Source: the human T2T-CHM13v2.0 reference genome, Homo sapiens | DNA length: 64,000 nucleotides | Reading direction: 5' to 3' (one strand) | Assembly (NCBI RefSeq): GCF_009914755.1 | Contig: NC_060932.1 | In this document: positions 1-12,200 of the stretch, piece by piece | Layout of the letters: each line of letters opens with the position of its first letter | How positions within the stretch are numbered: the stretch's first letter is position 1 | The notes under the pieces: generated by a model | The model's input: only the letters and a program-made list of their open reading frames with translations | The model's database searches: none | Told to the model about the DNA's origin: nothing | Position numbers and translations under genes: made by a program

Positions 1-195
1 CGGGCATTTGGAGCGCTTTCAGGCCTATGCTGAAAAAGGAAATATCTACCTATAGAAACTAGACAGAAGCATTCTGAGAATCACGTTTGTGATGTGGGTA
101 CTCAACTAACAGTGTTGATCCATTCTTTTGATACAGCAGTTTTGAACCACACTTTTTGTAGAATCTGCAAGTGGATATTTGGATAGCTGTGAGGA

Positions 196-212
196 TTTCG
201 TTGGAAACGGGA
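196..212 (+). promoter_or_regulatory. CENP-B box, monomer C (representative; recurs in every 7-mer and 11-mer)
   Basis: TTTCGTTGGAAACGGGA matches nTTCGnnnnAnnCGGGn. Confidence 0.95.
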
Positions 213-366
213 ATGTCTTCATAGAAAATTTAGACAGAAGCATTCTCAGAACCTTGATTGTGATGTGTGTTCTCCACTAACAGAGTTGAACCTTTCTTTT
301 GACAGAACTGTTCTGAAACATTCTTTTTATAGAATCTGGAAGTGGATATTTGGAAAGCTTTGAGGA

Positions 367-383
367 TTTCGTTGGAAACGGGA
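367..383 (+). promoter_or_regulatory. CENP-B box, monomer D (171 bp after the C box; representative)
   Basis: TTTCGTTGGAAACGGGA exact match. Confidence 0.95.
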
Positions 384-708
384 ATATCTTCAAATCAAAT
401 CTAGCCAGAAGCATTCTAAGAAACATCTTAGGGATGTTTACATTCAAGTCACAGAGTTGAACATTCCCTTTCACAGAGCAGGTTTGAAACAATCTTCTCG
501 TACTATCTGGCAGTGGACATTTTGAGCTCCTTGGGGCCTATGCTGAAAAAGGAAATATCTTCCGACAAAAACTAGACAGAAGCATTCGCAGAATCACGTT
601 TGTGATGTGTGCACTCAACTGTCAGAATTGAACCTTGGTTTGGAGAGAGCACTTTTGAAACACTCTTTTTGTAGAATCTGCAGGTGGATATTTGGCTAGC
701 TTTGAGGA

Positions 709-725
709 TTTCGTTGGAAACGGTA
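709..725 (+). promoter_or_regulatory. Degenerate CENP-B box, monomer F (CGGG>CGGT; representative)
   Basis: TTTCGTTGGAAACGGTA; T at 724 replaces a core G, and is present in all F copies I read. Confidence 0.88.
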
Positions 726-1050
726 ATGTCTTCAAAGAAAATCTAGACAGAAGCATTCTCAGAAACACCTTCGTGATGTTTGCAATCAAGTCACAGAGTT
801 GAACCTTCCGTTTCATAGAGCAGGTTGGAAACACTCTTTTTGTAGTATCTGGAAGTGGACATTTGGAGGGCTTTGTAGCCTATCTGGAAAAAGGAAATAT
901 CTTCCCATGAATGCGAGATAGAAGTAATCTCAGAAACATGTTTATGCTGTATCTACTCAACTAACTGTGCTGAACATTTCTATTGATAGAGCAGTTTTGA
1001 GACACTCTTCTTTTGGAATCTGCAAGTGGATATTTGGATAGATTTGAGGA

Positions 1051-1067
1051 TTTCGTTGGAAACGGGA
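1051..1067 (+). promoter_or_regulatory. CENP-B box, monomer A (representative; present in every HOR)
   Basis: TTTCGTTGGAAACGGGA exact match. Confidence 0.95.
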
Positions 1068-1389
1068 TTATATATAAAAAGTAGACAGCAGCATTCTCAG
1101 AAACTTCTTTGTGATGTTTGCATCCAGCTCTCAGAGTTGAACATTCCCTTTCATAGAGTAGGTTTGAAACCCTCTTTTTATAGTGTCTGGAAGCGGGCAT
1201 TTGGAGCGCTTTCAGGCCTATGCTTAAAATAGGAAATATCTACCTACAGAAACTAGACAGAAGCATTCTGAGAATCACGTTTGTGATGTGGGTACTCAAC
1301 TAACAGTGTTGATCCATTCTTTTGATACAGCAGTTTTGAACCACACTTTTTGTAGAATCTGCAAGAGGATATTTGGATAGCTGTGAGGA

Positions 1390-1406
1390 TTTCGTTGGAA
1401 ACGGGA
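1390..1406 (+). promoter_or_regulatory. CENP-B box, hybrid monomer C/F of the 8-mer (representative)
   Basis: TTTCGTTGGAAACGGGA exact match. Confidence 0.95.
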
Positions 1407-1560
1407 ATGTCTTCAAAGAAAATCTAGACAGAAGCATTCTCAGAAACACCTTCGTGATGTTTGCAATCAAGTCACAGAGTTGAACCTTCCGTTTCATAGA
1501 GCAGGTTGGAAACACTCTTATTGTAGTATCTGGAAGTGGACATTTGGAGCGCTTTCAGGC

Positions 1561-1577
1561 CTATGGTGAAAAAGGAA
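1561..1577 (+). promoter_or_regulatory. pJ-alpha box, monomer G (representative; also monomer I at 1898-1914)
   Basis: CTATGGTGAAAAAGGAA is the reverse complement of TTCCTTTTYCACCRTAG and lies at the position homologous to the CENP-B box. Confidence 0.8.
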
Positions 1578-1730
1578 ATATCTTCCCATAAAAACGACAT
1601 AGAAGCTATCTCAGGAACTTGTTTATGATGCATCTAATCAACTAACAGTGTTGAACCTTTGTACTGACAGAGCACTTTGAAACACTCTTTTTTTGGAATC
1701 TGCAAGTGGATATTTGGATCGCTTTGAGGA

Positions 1731-1747
1731 TTTCGTTGGAAACGGGA
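1731..1747 (+). promoter_or_regulatory. CENP-B box, monomer H (representative)
   Basis: TTTCGTTGGAAACGGGA exact match. Confidence 0.95.
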
Positions 1748-2068
1748 TGCAATATAAAACGTACACAGCAGCATACTCAGAAAATACTTTGCCATATTTC
1801 CATTCAAGTCACAGAGTGGAACATTCCCATTCATAGAGCAGGTTGGAAACACTCTTTTTGGAGTATCTGGAAGTGGACATTTGGAGCGCTTTATGAACTA
1901 TGGTGAAAAAGGAAATATCTTCCAATGAAAACAAGACAGAAGCATTCTGAGAAACTTATTTGTGATGTGTGTCCTCAACAAACGGACTTGAACCTTTCGT
2001 TTCATGCAGTACTTCTGGAACACTCTTTTTGAAGATTCTGCATGCGGATATTTGGATAGCTTTGAGGA

Positions 2069-2085
2069 TTTCGTTGGAAACGGGC
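2069..2085 (+). promoter_or_regulatory. CENP-B box, monomer J (representative)
   Basis: TTTCGTTGGAAACGGGC; all 9 core positions intact. Confidence 0.92.
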
Positions 2086-4992
2086 TTACATGTAAAAATT
2101 AGACAGCAGCATTCTCAGAAACTTCTTTGTGGTGTCTGCATTCAAGTCACAGAATTGAACTTCCCCTCACATAGAGCAGTTGTGCAGCACTCTATTTGTA
2201 GTATCTGGAAGTGGACATTTGGAGGGCTTTGTAGCCTATCTGGAAAAAGGAAATATCTTCCCATGAATGCGAGATAGAAGTAATCTCAGAAACATGTTTA
2301 TGCTGTATCTACTCAACTAACTGTGCTGAACATTTCTATTGATAGAGCAGTTTTGAGACACTCTTCTTTTGGAATCTGCAAGTGGATATTTGGATAGATT
2401 TGAAGATTTCGTTGGAAACGGGATTATATATAAAAAGTAGACAGGAGCATTCTCAGAAACTTCTTTGTGATGTTTGCATCCAGCTCTCAGAGTTGAACAT
2501 TCCCTTTCATAGAGTAGGTTTGAAACCCTCTTTTTATAGTGTCTGGAAGCGGGCATTTGGAGCGCTTTCAGGCCTATGCTTAAAATAGGAAATATCTACC
2601 TATAGAAACTAGACAGAAGCATTCTGAGAATCACGTTTGTGATGTGGGTACTCAACTAACAGTGTTGATCCATTCTTTTGATACAGCAGTTTTGAACCAC
2701 ACTTTTTGTAGAATCTGCAAGAGGATATTTGGATAGCTGTGAGGATTTCGTTGGAAACGGGAATGTCTTCAAAGAAAATCTAGACAGAAGCATTCTCAGA
2801 AACACCTTCGTGATGTTTGCAATCAAGTCACAGAGTTGAACCTTCCGTTTCATAGAGCAGGTTGGAAACACTCTTATTGTAGTATCTGGAAGGGGACATT
2901 TGGAGCGCTTTCAGGCCTATGGTGAAAAAGGAAATATCTTCCCATAAAAACGACATAGAAGCTGTCTCAGGAACTTGTTTATGATGCATCTAATCAACTA
3001 ACAGTGTTGAACCTTTGTACTGACAGAGCAGTTTGAAACACTCTTTTTTTGGAATCTGCAAGTGGATATTTGGATCGCTTTGAGGATTTCGTTGGAAACG
3101 GGATGCAATATAAAACGTACACAGCAGCATACTCAGAAAATACTTTGCCATATTTCCATTCAAGTCACAGAGTGGAACATTCCCATTCATAGAGCAGGTT
3201 TGAAACACTCTTTTTGGAGTATCTGGAAGTGGACATTTGGAGCGCTTTCTGAACTATGGTGAAAAAGGAAATATCTTCCAATGAAAACAAGACAGAAGCA
3301 TTCTGAGAAACTTATTTGTGATGTGTGTCCTCAACAAACGGACTTGAACCTTTCGTTTCATGCAGTACTTCTGGAACACTCTTTTTGAAGATTCTGCATG
3401 CGGATATTTGGATAGCTTTGAGGATTTCGTTGGAAACGGGCTTACATGTAAAAATTAGACAGCAGCATTCTCAGAAACTTCTTTGTGGTGTCTGCATTCA
3501 AGTCACAGAATTGAACTTCCCCTCACATAGAGCAGTTGTGCAGCACTCTATTTGTAGTATCTGGAAGTGGACATTTGGAGGGCTTTGTAGCCTATCTGGA
3601 AAAAGGAAATATCTTCCCATGAATGCGAGATAGAAGTAATCTGAGAAACATGTTTATGCTGTATCTACTCAACTAACTGTGCTGAACATTTCTATTGATA
3701 GAGCAGTTTTGAGACCCTCTTCTTTTGGAATCTGCAAGTGGATATTTGGATAGATTTGAGGATTTCGTTGGAAACGGGATTATATATAAAAAGTAGACAG
3801 CAGCATTCTCAGAAACTTCTTTGTGATGTTTGCATCCAGCTCTCAGAGTTGAACATTCCCTTTCATAGAGTAGGTTTGAAACCCTCTTTTTATAGTGTCT
3901 GGAAGCGGGCATTTGGAGCGCTTTCAGGCCTATGCTTAAAATAGGAAATATCTACCTACAGAAACTAGACAGAAGCATTCTGAGAATCACGTTTGTGATG
4001 TGGGTACTCAACTAACAGTGTTGATCCATTCTTTTGATACAGCAGTTTTGAACCACACTTTTTGTAGAATCTGCAAGAGGATATTTGGATAGCTGTGAGG
4101 ATTTCGTTGGAAACGGGAATGTCTTCAAAGAAAATCTAGACAGAAGCATTCTCAGAAACACCTTCGTGATGTTTGCAATCAAGTCACAGAGTTGAACCTT
4201 CCGTTTCATAGAGCAGGTTGGAAACACTCTTATTGTAGTATCTGGAAGTGGACATTTGGAGCGCTTTCAGGCCTATGGTGAAAAAGGAAATATCTTCCCA
4301 TAAAAACGACATAGAAGCTATCTCAGGAACTTGTTTATGATGCATCTAATCAACTAACAGTGTTGAACCTTTGTACTGACAGAGCACTTTGAAACACTCT
4401 TTTTTTGGAATCTGCAAGTGGATATTTGGATCGCTTTGAGGATTTCGTTGGAAACGGGATGCAATATAAAACGTACACAGCAGCATACTCAGAAAATACT
4501 TTGCCATATTTCCATTCAAGTCACAGAGTGGAACATTCCCATTCATAGAGCAGGTTGGAAACACTCTTTTTGGAGTATCTGGAAGTGGACATTTGGAGCG
4601 CTTTCTGAACTATGGTGAAAAAGGAAATATCTTCCAATGAAAACAAGACAGAAGCATTCTGAGAAACTTATTTGTGATGTGTGTCCTCAACAAACGGACT
4701 TGAACCTTTCGTTTCATGCAGTACTTCTGGAACACTCTTTTTGAAGATTCTGCATGCGGATATTTGGATAGCTTTGAGGATTTCGTTGGAAACGGGCTTA
4801 CATGTAAAAATTAGACAGCAGCATTCTCAGAAACTTCTTTGTGGTGTCTGCATTCAAGTCACAGAATTGAACTTCTCCTCACATAGAGCAGTTGTGCAGC
4901 ACTCTATTTGTAGTATCTGGAAGTGGACATTTGGAGGGCTTCGTAGCCTATCTGGAAAAAGGAAATATCTTCCCATGAATGCGAGATAGAAG

Positions 4993-6185
4993 TAATCTCA
5001 GAAACATGTTTATGCTGTATCTACTCAACTAACTGTGCTGAACATTTCTATTGATAGAGCAGTTTTGAGACCCTCTTCTTTTGGAATCTGCAAGTGGATA
5101 TTTGGATAGATTTGAGGATTTCGTTGGAAACGGGATTATATATAAAAAGTAGACAGCAGCATTCTCAGAAACTTCTTTGTGATGTTTGCATCCAGCTCTC
5201 AGAGTTGAACATTCCCTTTCATAGAGTAGGTTTGAAACCCTCTTTTTATAGTGTCTGGAAGCGGGCATTTGGAGCGCTTTCAGGCCAATGCTGAAAAAGG
5301 AAATATCTACATATAGAAACTAGACAGAAGCATTCTGAGAATCAAGTTTGTGATGTGGGTACTCAACTAACAGTGTTGATCCATTCTTTTGTTACAGCAG
5401 TTTTGAACCACACTTTTTGTAGAATCTGCAAGTGGATATTTGGATAGCTGTGAGGATTTCGTTGGAAACGGGAATGTCTTCATAGAAAATTTAGACAGAA
5501 GCATTCTCAGAACCTTGATTGTGATGTGTGTTCTCCACTAACAGAGTTGAACCTTTCTTTTGACAGAACTGTTCTGAAACATTCTTTTTATAGAATCTGG
5601 AAGTGGATATTTGGAAAGCTTTGAGGATTTCGTTGGAAACGGGAATATCTTCAAATAAAATCTAGCCAGAAGCATTCTAAGAAACATCTTAGGGATGTTT
5701 ACATTCAAGTCACAGAGTTGAACATTCCCTTTCACAGAGCAGGTTTGAAACAATCTTCTCGTACTATCTGGCAGTGGACATTTTGAGCTCTTTGGGGCCT
5801 ATGCTGAAAAAGGAAATATCTTCCGACAAAAACTAGTCAGAAGCATTCGCAGAATCCCGTTTGTGATGTGTGCACTCAACTGTCAGAATTGAACCTTGGT
5901 TTGGAGAGAGCACTTTTGAAACACACTTTTTGTAGAATCTGCAGGTGGATATTTGGCTAGCTTTGAGGATTTCGTTGGAAACGGTAATGTCTTCAAAGAA
6001 AATCTAGACAGAAGCATTCTCAGAAACACCTTCGTGATGTTTGCAATCAAGTCACAGAGTTGAACCTTCCGTTTCATAGAGCAGGTTGGAAACACACTTT
6101 TTGTAGTATCTGGAAGTGGACATTTGGAGGGCTTTGTAGCCTATCTGGAAAAAGGAAATATCTTCCCATGAATGCGAGATAGATG
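4993..6185 (+). repeat. 7-mer HOR (1193 bp)
   Basis: A-B-C-D-E-F-G/K; A-to-A spacing 1193. Confidence 0.95.
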
Positions 6186-8054
6186 TAATCTCAGAAACAT
6201 GTTTATGCTGTATCTACTCAACTAACTGTGCTGAACATTTCTATTGATAGAGCAGTTTTGAGACACTCTTCTTTTGGAATCTGCAAGTGGATATTTGGAT
6301 AGATTTGAGGATTTCGTTGGAAACGGGATTATATATAAAAAGTAGACAGCAGCATTCTCAGAAACTTCTTTGTGATGTTTGCATCCAGCTCTCAGAGTTG
6401 AACATTCCCTTTCATAGAGTAGGTTTGAAACCCTCTTTTTATAGTGTCTAGAAGCGGGCATTTGGAGCGCTTACAGGCCTATGCTTAAAATAGGAAATAT
6501 CCACCTACAGAAACTAGACAGAAGCATTCTGAGAATCACGTTTGTGATGTGGGTACTCAACTAACAGTGTTGATCCATTCTTTTGATACAGCAGTTTTGA
6601 AACACACTTTTTGTAGAATCTGCAAGTGGATATTTGGATAGCTGTGAGGATTTCGTTGGAAACGGGAATGTCTTCTTAGAAAACTTAGACAGAAGCATTC
6701 TCAGAACCTTGATTGTGATGTGTGTTCTCCACTAACAGAGTTGAACCTTTCTTTTGACAGAACTGTTCTGAAACATTCTTTTTATAGAATCTGAAAGTGG
6801 ATATTTGGAAAGCTTTGAGGATTTCGTTGGAAACGGGAATATCTTCAAATCAAATCTAGCCAGAAGCATTCTAAGAAACATCTTAGGGATGTTTACATTC
6901 AAGTCACAGAGTTGAACATTCCCTTTCACAGAGCAGGTTTGAAACAATCTTCTCGTACTATCTGGCAGTGGACATTTTGAGCTCCTTGGGGCCTATGCTG
7001 AAAATTGAAATATCTTCCAACAAAAACTAGACAGAAGCATTCGCAGAATCACGTTTGTGATGTGTGCACTCAACTGTCAGAATTGAACCTTGGTTTGGAC
7101 AGAGCACTTTTGAAACACTCTTTTTGTAGAATCTGCAGGTGGATATTTGGCTAGCTTTGAGGATTTCGTTGGAAACGGTAATGTCTTCAAAGAAAATCTA
7201 GACAGAAGCATTCTCAGAAACACCTTCGTGATGTTTGCAATCAAGTCACAGAGTTGAACCTTCCGTTTCATAGAGCAGGTTGGAAACACTCTTTTTGTAG
7301 TATCTGGAAGTGGACATTTGGAGCGCTTTCAGGCCTATGGTGAAAAAGGAAATATCTTCCCATAAAAACGACATAGAAGCTATCTCAGGAACTTGTTTAT
7401 GATGCATCTAATCAACTAACAGTGTTGAACCTTTGTACTGACAGAGCAGTTTGAAACACTCTTTTTTTGGAATCTGCAAGTGGATATTTGGATCGCTTTG
7501 AGGATTTCGTTGGAAACGGGATGCAATATAAAACGTACACAGCAGCATACTCAGAAAATACTTTGCCATATTTCCATTCAAGTCACAGAGTGGAACATTC
7601 CCATTCATAGAGCAGGTTTGAAACACTCTTTTTGGAGTATCTGGAAGTGGACATTTGGAGCGCTTTCTGAACTATGGTGAAAAAGGAAATAACTTCCAAT
7701 GAAAACAAGACAGAAGCATTCTGAGAAACTTATTTGTGATGTGTGTCCTCAACAAACGGACTTGAACCTTTCGTTTCATGCAGTACTTCTGGAACACTCT
7801 TTTTGAAGATTCTGCATGCGGATATTTGGATAGCTTTGAGGATTTCGTTGGAAACGGGCTTACATGTAAAAATTAGACAGCAGCATTCTCAGAAACTTCT
7901 TTGTGGTGTCTGCATTCAAGTCACAGAATTGAACTTCCCCTCACATAGAGCAGTTGTGCAGCACTCTATTTGTAGTATCTGGAAGTGGACATTTGGAGGG
8001 CTTTGTAGCCTATCTGGAAAAAGGAAATATCTTCCCATGAATGCGAGATAGAAG
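6186..8054 (+). repeat. Full 11-mer HOR (1869 bp)
   Basis: All monomers A-K in order; spacing 1869. Confidence 0.95.
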
Positions 8055-9247
8055 TAATCTCAGAAACATGTTTATGCTGTATCTACTCAACTAACTGTGC
8101 TGAACATTTCTATTGATAGAGCAGTTTTGAGACACTCTTCTTTTGGAATCTGCAAGTGGATATTTGGATAGATTTGAGGATTTCGTTGGAAACGGGATGA
8201 TATATAAAAAGTAGACAGCAGCATTCTCAGAAACTTCTTTGTGATGTTTGCATCCAGCTCTCAGAGTTGAACATTCCCTTTCATAGAGTAGGTTTGAAAC
8301 CCTCTTTTTATAGTGTCTGGAAGCGGGCATTTGGAGCGCTTTCAGGCCTATGCTGAAAAAGGAAATATCTACCTATAGAAACTAGACAGAAGCATTCTGA
8401 GAATCACGTTTCTGATGTGGGTACTCAACTAACAGTGTTGATCCATTCTTTTGATACAGCAGTTTTGAACCACACTTTTTGTAGAATCTGCAAGTGGATA
8501 TTTGGATAGCTGTGAGGATTTCGTTGGAAACGGGAATGTCTTCATAGAAAATTTAGACAGAAGCATTCTCAGAACCTTGATTGTGATGTGTGTTCTCCAC
8601 TAACAGAGTTGAACCTTTCTTTTGACAGAACTGTTCTGAAACATTCTTTTTATAGAATCTGGAAGTGGATATTTGGAAAGCTTTGAGGATTTCGTTGGAA
8701 ACGGGAATATCTTCAAATCAAATCTAGCCAGAAGCATTCTAAGAAACATCTTAGGGATGTTTACATTCAAGTCACAGAGTTGAACATTCCCTTTCACAGA
8801 GCAGGTTTGAAACAATCTTCTCGTACTATCTGGCAGTGGACATTTTGAGCTCCTTGGGGCCTATGCTGAAAAAGGAAATATCTTCCGACAAAAACTAGAC
8901 AGAAGCATTCGCAGAATCACGTTTGTGATGTGTGCACTCAACTGTCAGAATTGAACCTTGGTTTGGACAGAGCACTTTTGAAACACTCTTTTTGTAGAAT
9001 CTGCAGGTGGATATTTGGCTAGCTTTGAGGATTTCGTTGGAAACGGTAATGTCTTCAAAGAAAATCTAGACAGAAGCATTCTCAGAAACACCTTCGTGAT
9101 GTTTGCAATCAAGTCACAGAGTTGAACCTTCCGTTTCATAGAGCAGGTTGGAAACACTCTTTTTGTAGTATCTGGAAGTGGACATTTGGAGGGCTTTGTA
9201 GCCTATCTGGAAAAAGGAAATATCTTCCCATGAATGCGAGATAGAAC
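8055..9247 (+). repeat. 7-mer HOR
   Basis: Spacing 1193. Confidence 0.95.
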
Positions 9248-12200
9248 TAATCTCAGAAACATGTTTATGCTGTATCTACTCAACTAACTGTGCTGAACAT
9301 TTCTATTGATAGAGCAGTTTTGAGACACTCTTCTTTTGGAATCTGCAAGTGGATATTTGGATAGATTTGAGGATTTCGTTGGAAACGGGATCATATATAA
9401 AAAGTAGACAGCAGCATTCTCAGAAACTTCTTTGTGATGTTTGCATCCAGCTCTCAGAGTTGAACATTCCCTTTCATAGAGTAGGTTTGAAACCCTCTTT
9501 TTATAGTGTCTGGAAGCGGGCATTTGGAGCGCTTTCAGGCCTATGCTTAAAATAGGAAATATCTACCTACAGAAACTAGACAGAAGCATTCTGAGAATCA
9601 CGTTTGTGATGTGGGTACTCAACTAACAGTGTTGATCCATTCTTTTGATACAGCAGTTTTGAACCACACTTTTTGTAGAATCTGCAAGAGGATATTTGGA
9701 TAGCTGTGAGGATTTCGTTGGAAACGGGAATGTCTTCAAAGAAAATCTAGACAGAAGCATTCTGAGGAACACCTTCGTGATGTTTGCAATCAAGTCACAG
9801 AGTTGAACCTTCCGTTTCATAGAGCAGGTTGGAAACACTCTTATTGTAGTATCTGGAAGTGGACATTTGGAGCGCTTTCAGGCCTATGGTGAAAAAGGAA
9901 ATATCTTCCCATAAAAACGACATAGAAGCTGTCTCAGGAACTTGTTTATGATGCATCTAATCAACTAACAGTGTTGAACCTTTGTACTGACAGAGCAGTT
10001 TGAAACACTCTTTTTTTGGAATCTGCAAGTGGATATTTGGATCGCTTTGAGGATTTCGTTGGAAACGGGATGCAATATAAAACGTACACAGCAGCATACT
10101 CAGAAAATACTTTGCCATATTTCCATTCAAGTCACAGAGTGGAACATTCCCATTCATAGAGCAGGTTTGAAACACTCTTTTTGGAGTATCTGGAAGTGGA
10201 CATTTGGAGCGCTTTCTGAACTATGGTGAAAAAGGAAATATCTTCCAATGAAAACAAGACAGAAGCATTCTGAGAAACTTATTTGTGATGTGTGTCCTCA
10301 ACAAACGGACTTGAACCTTTCGTTTCATGCAGTACTTCTGGAACACTCTTTTTGAAGATTCTGCATGCGGATATTTGGATAGCTTTGAGGATTTCGTTGG
10401 AAACGGGCTTACATGTAAAAATTAGACAGCAGCATTCTCAGAAACTTCTTTGTGGTGTCTGCATTCAAGTCACAGAATTGAACTTCCCCTCACATAGAGC
10501 AGTTGTGCAGCACTCTATTTGTAGTATCTGGAAGTGGACATTTGGAGGGCTTTGTAGCCTATCTGGAAAAAGGAAATATCTTCCCATGAATGCGAGATAG
10601 AAGTAATCTCAGAAACATGTTTATGCTGTATCTACTCAACTAACTGTGCTGAACATTTCTATTGATAGAGCAGTTTTGAGACACTCTTCTTTTGGAATCT
10701 GCAAGTGGATATTTGGATAGATTAGAGGATTTCGTTGGAAACGGGATTATATATAAAAAGTAGACAGCAGCATTCTCAGAAACTTCTTTGTGATGTTTGC
10801 ATCCAGCTCTCAGAGTTGAACATTCCCTTTCATAGAGTAGGTTTGAAACCCTCTTTTTATAGTGTCTGGAAGCGGGCATTTGGAGCGCTTTCAGGCCTAT
10901 GCTTAAAATAGGAAATATCTACCTACAGAAACTAGACAGAAGCATTCTGAGAATCACGTTTGTGATGTGGGTACTCAACTAACAGTGTTGATCCATTCTT
11001 TTGATACAGCAGTTTTGAACCACACTTTTTGTAGAATCTGCAAGAGGATATTTGGATAGCTGTGAGGATTTCGTTGGAAACGGGAATGTCTTCAAAGAAA
11101 ATCTAGACAGAAACATTCTCAGAAACACCTTCGTGATGTTTGCAATCAAGTCACAGAGTTGAACCTTCCGTTTCATAGAGCAGGTTGGAAACACTCTTAT
11201 TGTAGTATCTGGAAGTGGACATTTGGAGCGCTTTCAGGCCTATGGTGAAAAAGGAAATATCTTCCCATAAAAACGACATAGAAGCTATCTCAGGAACTTG
11301 TTTATGATGCATCTAATCAACTAACAGTGTTGAACCTTTGTACTGACAGAGCACTTTGAAACACTCTTTTTTTGGAATCTGCAAGTGGATATTTGGATCA
11401 CTTTGAGGATTTCGTTGGAAACGGGATGCAATATAAAACGTACACAGCAGCATACTCAGAAAATACTTTGCCATGTTTCCATTCAAGTCACAGAGTGGAA
11501 CATTCCCATTCATAGAGCAGGTTGGAAACACTCTTTTTGGAGTATCTGGAAGTGGACATTTGGAGCGCTTTCTGAACTATGGTGAAAAAGGAAATATCTT
11601 CCAATGAAAACAAGACAGAAGCATTCTGAGAAACTTATTTGTGATGTGTGTCCTCAACAAACGGACTTGAACCTTTCGTTTCATGCAGTACTTCTGGAAC
11701 ACTCTTTTTGAAGATTCTGCATGCGGATATTTGGATAGCTTTGAGGATTTCGTTGGAAACGGCCTTATATGTAAAAATTAGACAGCAGCATTCTCAGAAA
11801 CTTCTTTGTGGTGTCTGCATTCAAGTCACAGAATTGAACTTCCCCTCACATAGAGCAGTTGTGCAGCACTCTATTTGTAGTATCTGGAAGTGGACATTTG
11901 GAGGGCTTTGTAGCCTATCTGGAAAAAGGAAATATCTTCCCATGAATGCGAGATAGAAGTAATCTCAGAAACATGTTTATGCTGTATCTACTCAACTAAC
12001 TGTGCTGAACATTTCTATTGATAGAGCAGTTTTGAGACACTCTTCTTTTGGAATCTGCAAGTGGATATTTGGATAGATTTGAGGATTTCGTTGGAAACGG
12101 GATTATATATAAAAAGTAGACAGCAGCATTCTCAGAAACTTCTTTGTGATGTTTGCATCCAGCTCTCAGAGTTGAACATTCCCTTTCATAGAGTAGGTTT

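Larger units (their letters stand above)
1..924 (+). repeat. Partial 7-mer HOR (end of B, then C, D, E, F, G/K)
   Basis: G/K hybrid junction at 839-868 followed directly by monomer A at 925. Confidence 0.93.
925..4992 (+). repeat. 3 x 8-mer HOR (1356 bp each)
   Basis: Monomer A starts at 925, 2281, 3637; monomer lengths 167,172,171,171,166,171,167,171. Confidence 0.95.

Noticed and set aside
1068-1080. TATA-like TTATATATAAAAA just after the monomer A CENP-B box
   Set aside because: It is an AT-rich part of the monomer in every HOR. Alpha-satellite transcription is known, but nothing in the sequence identifies this as a promoter.
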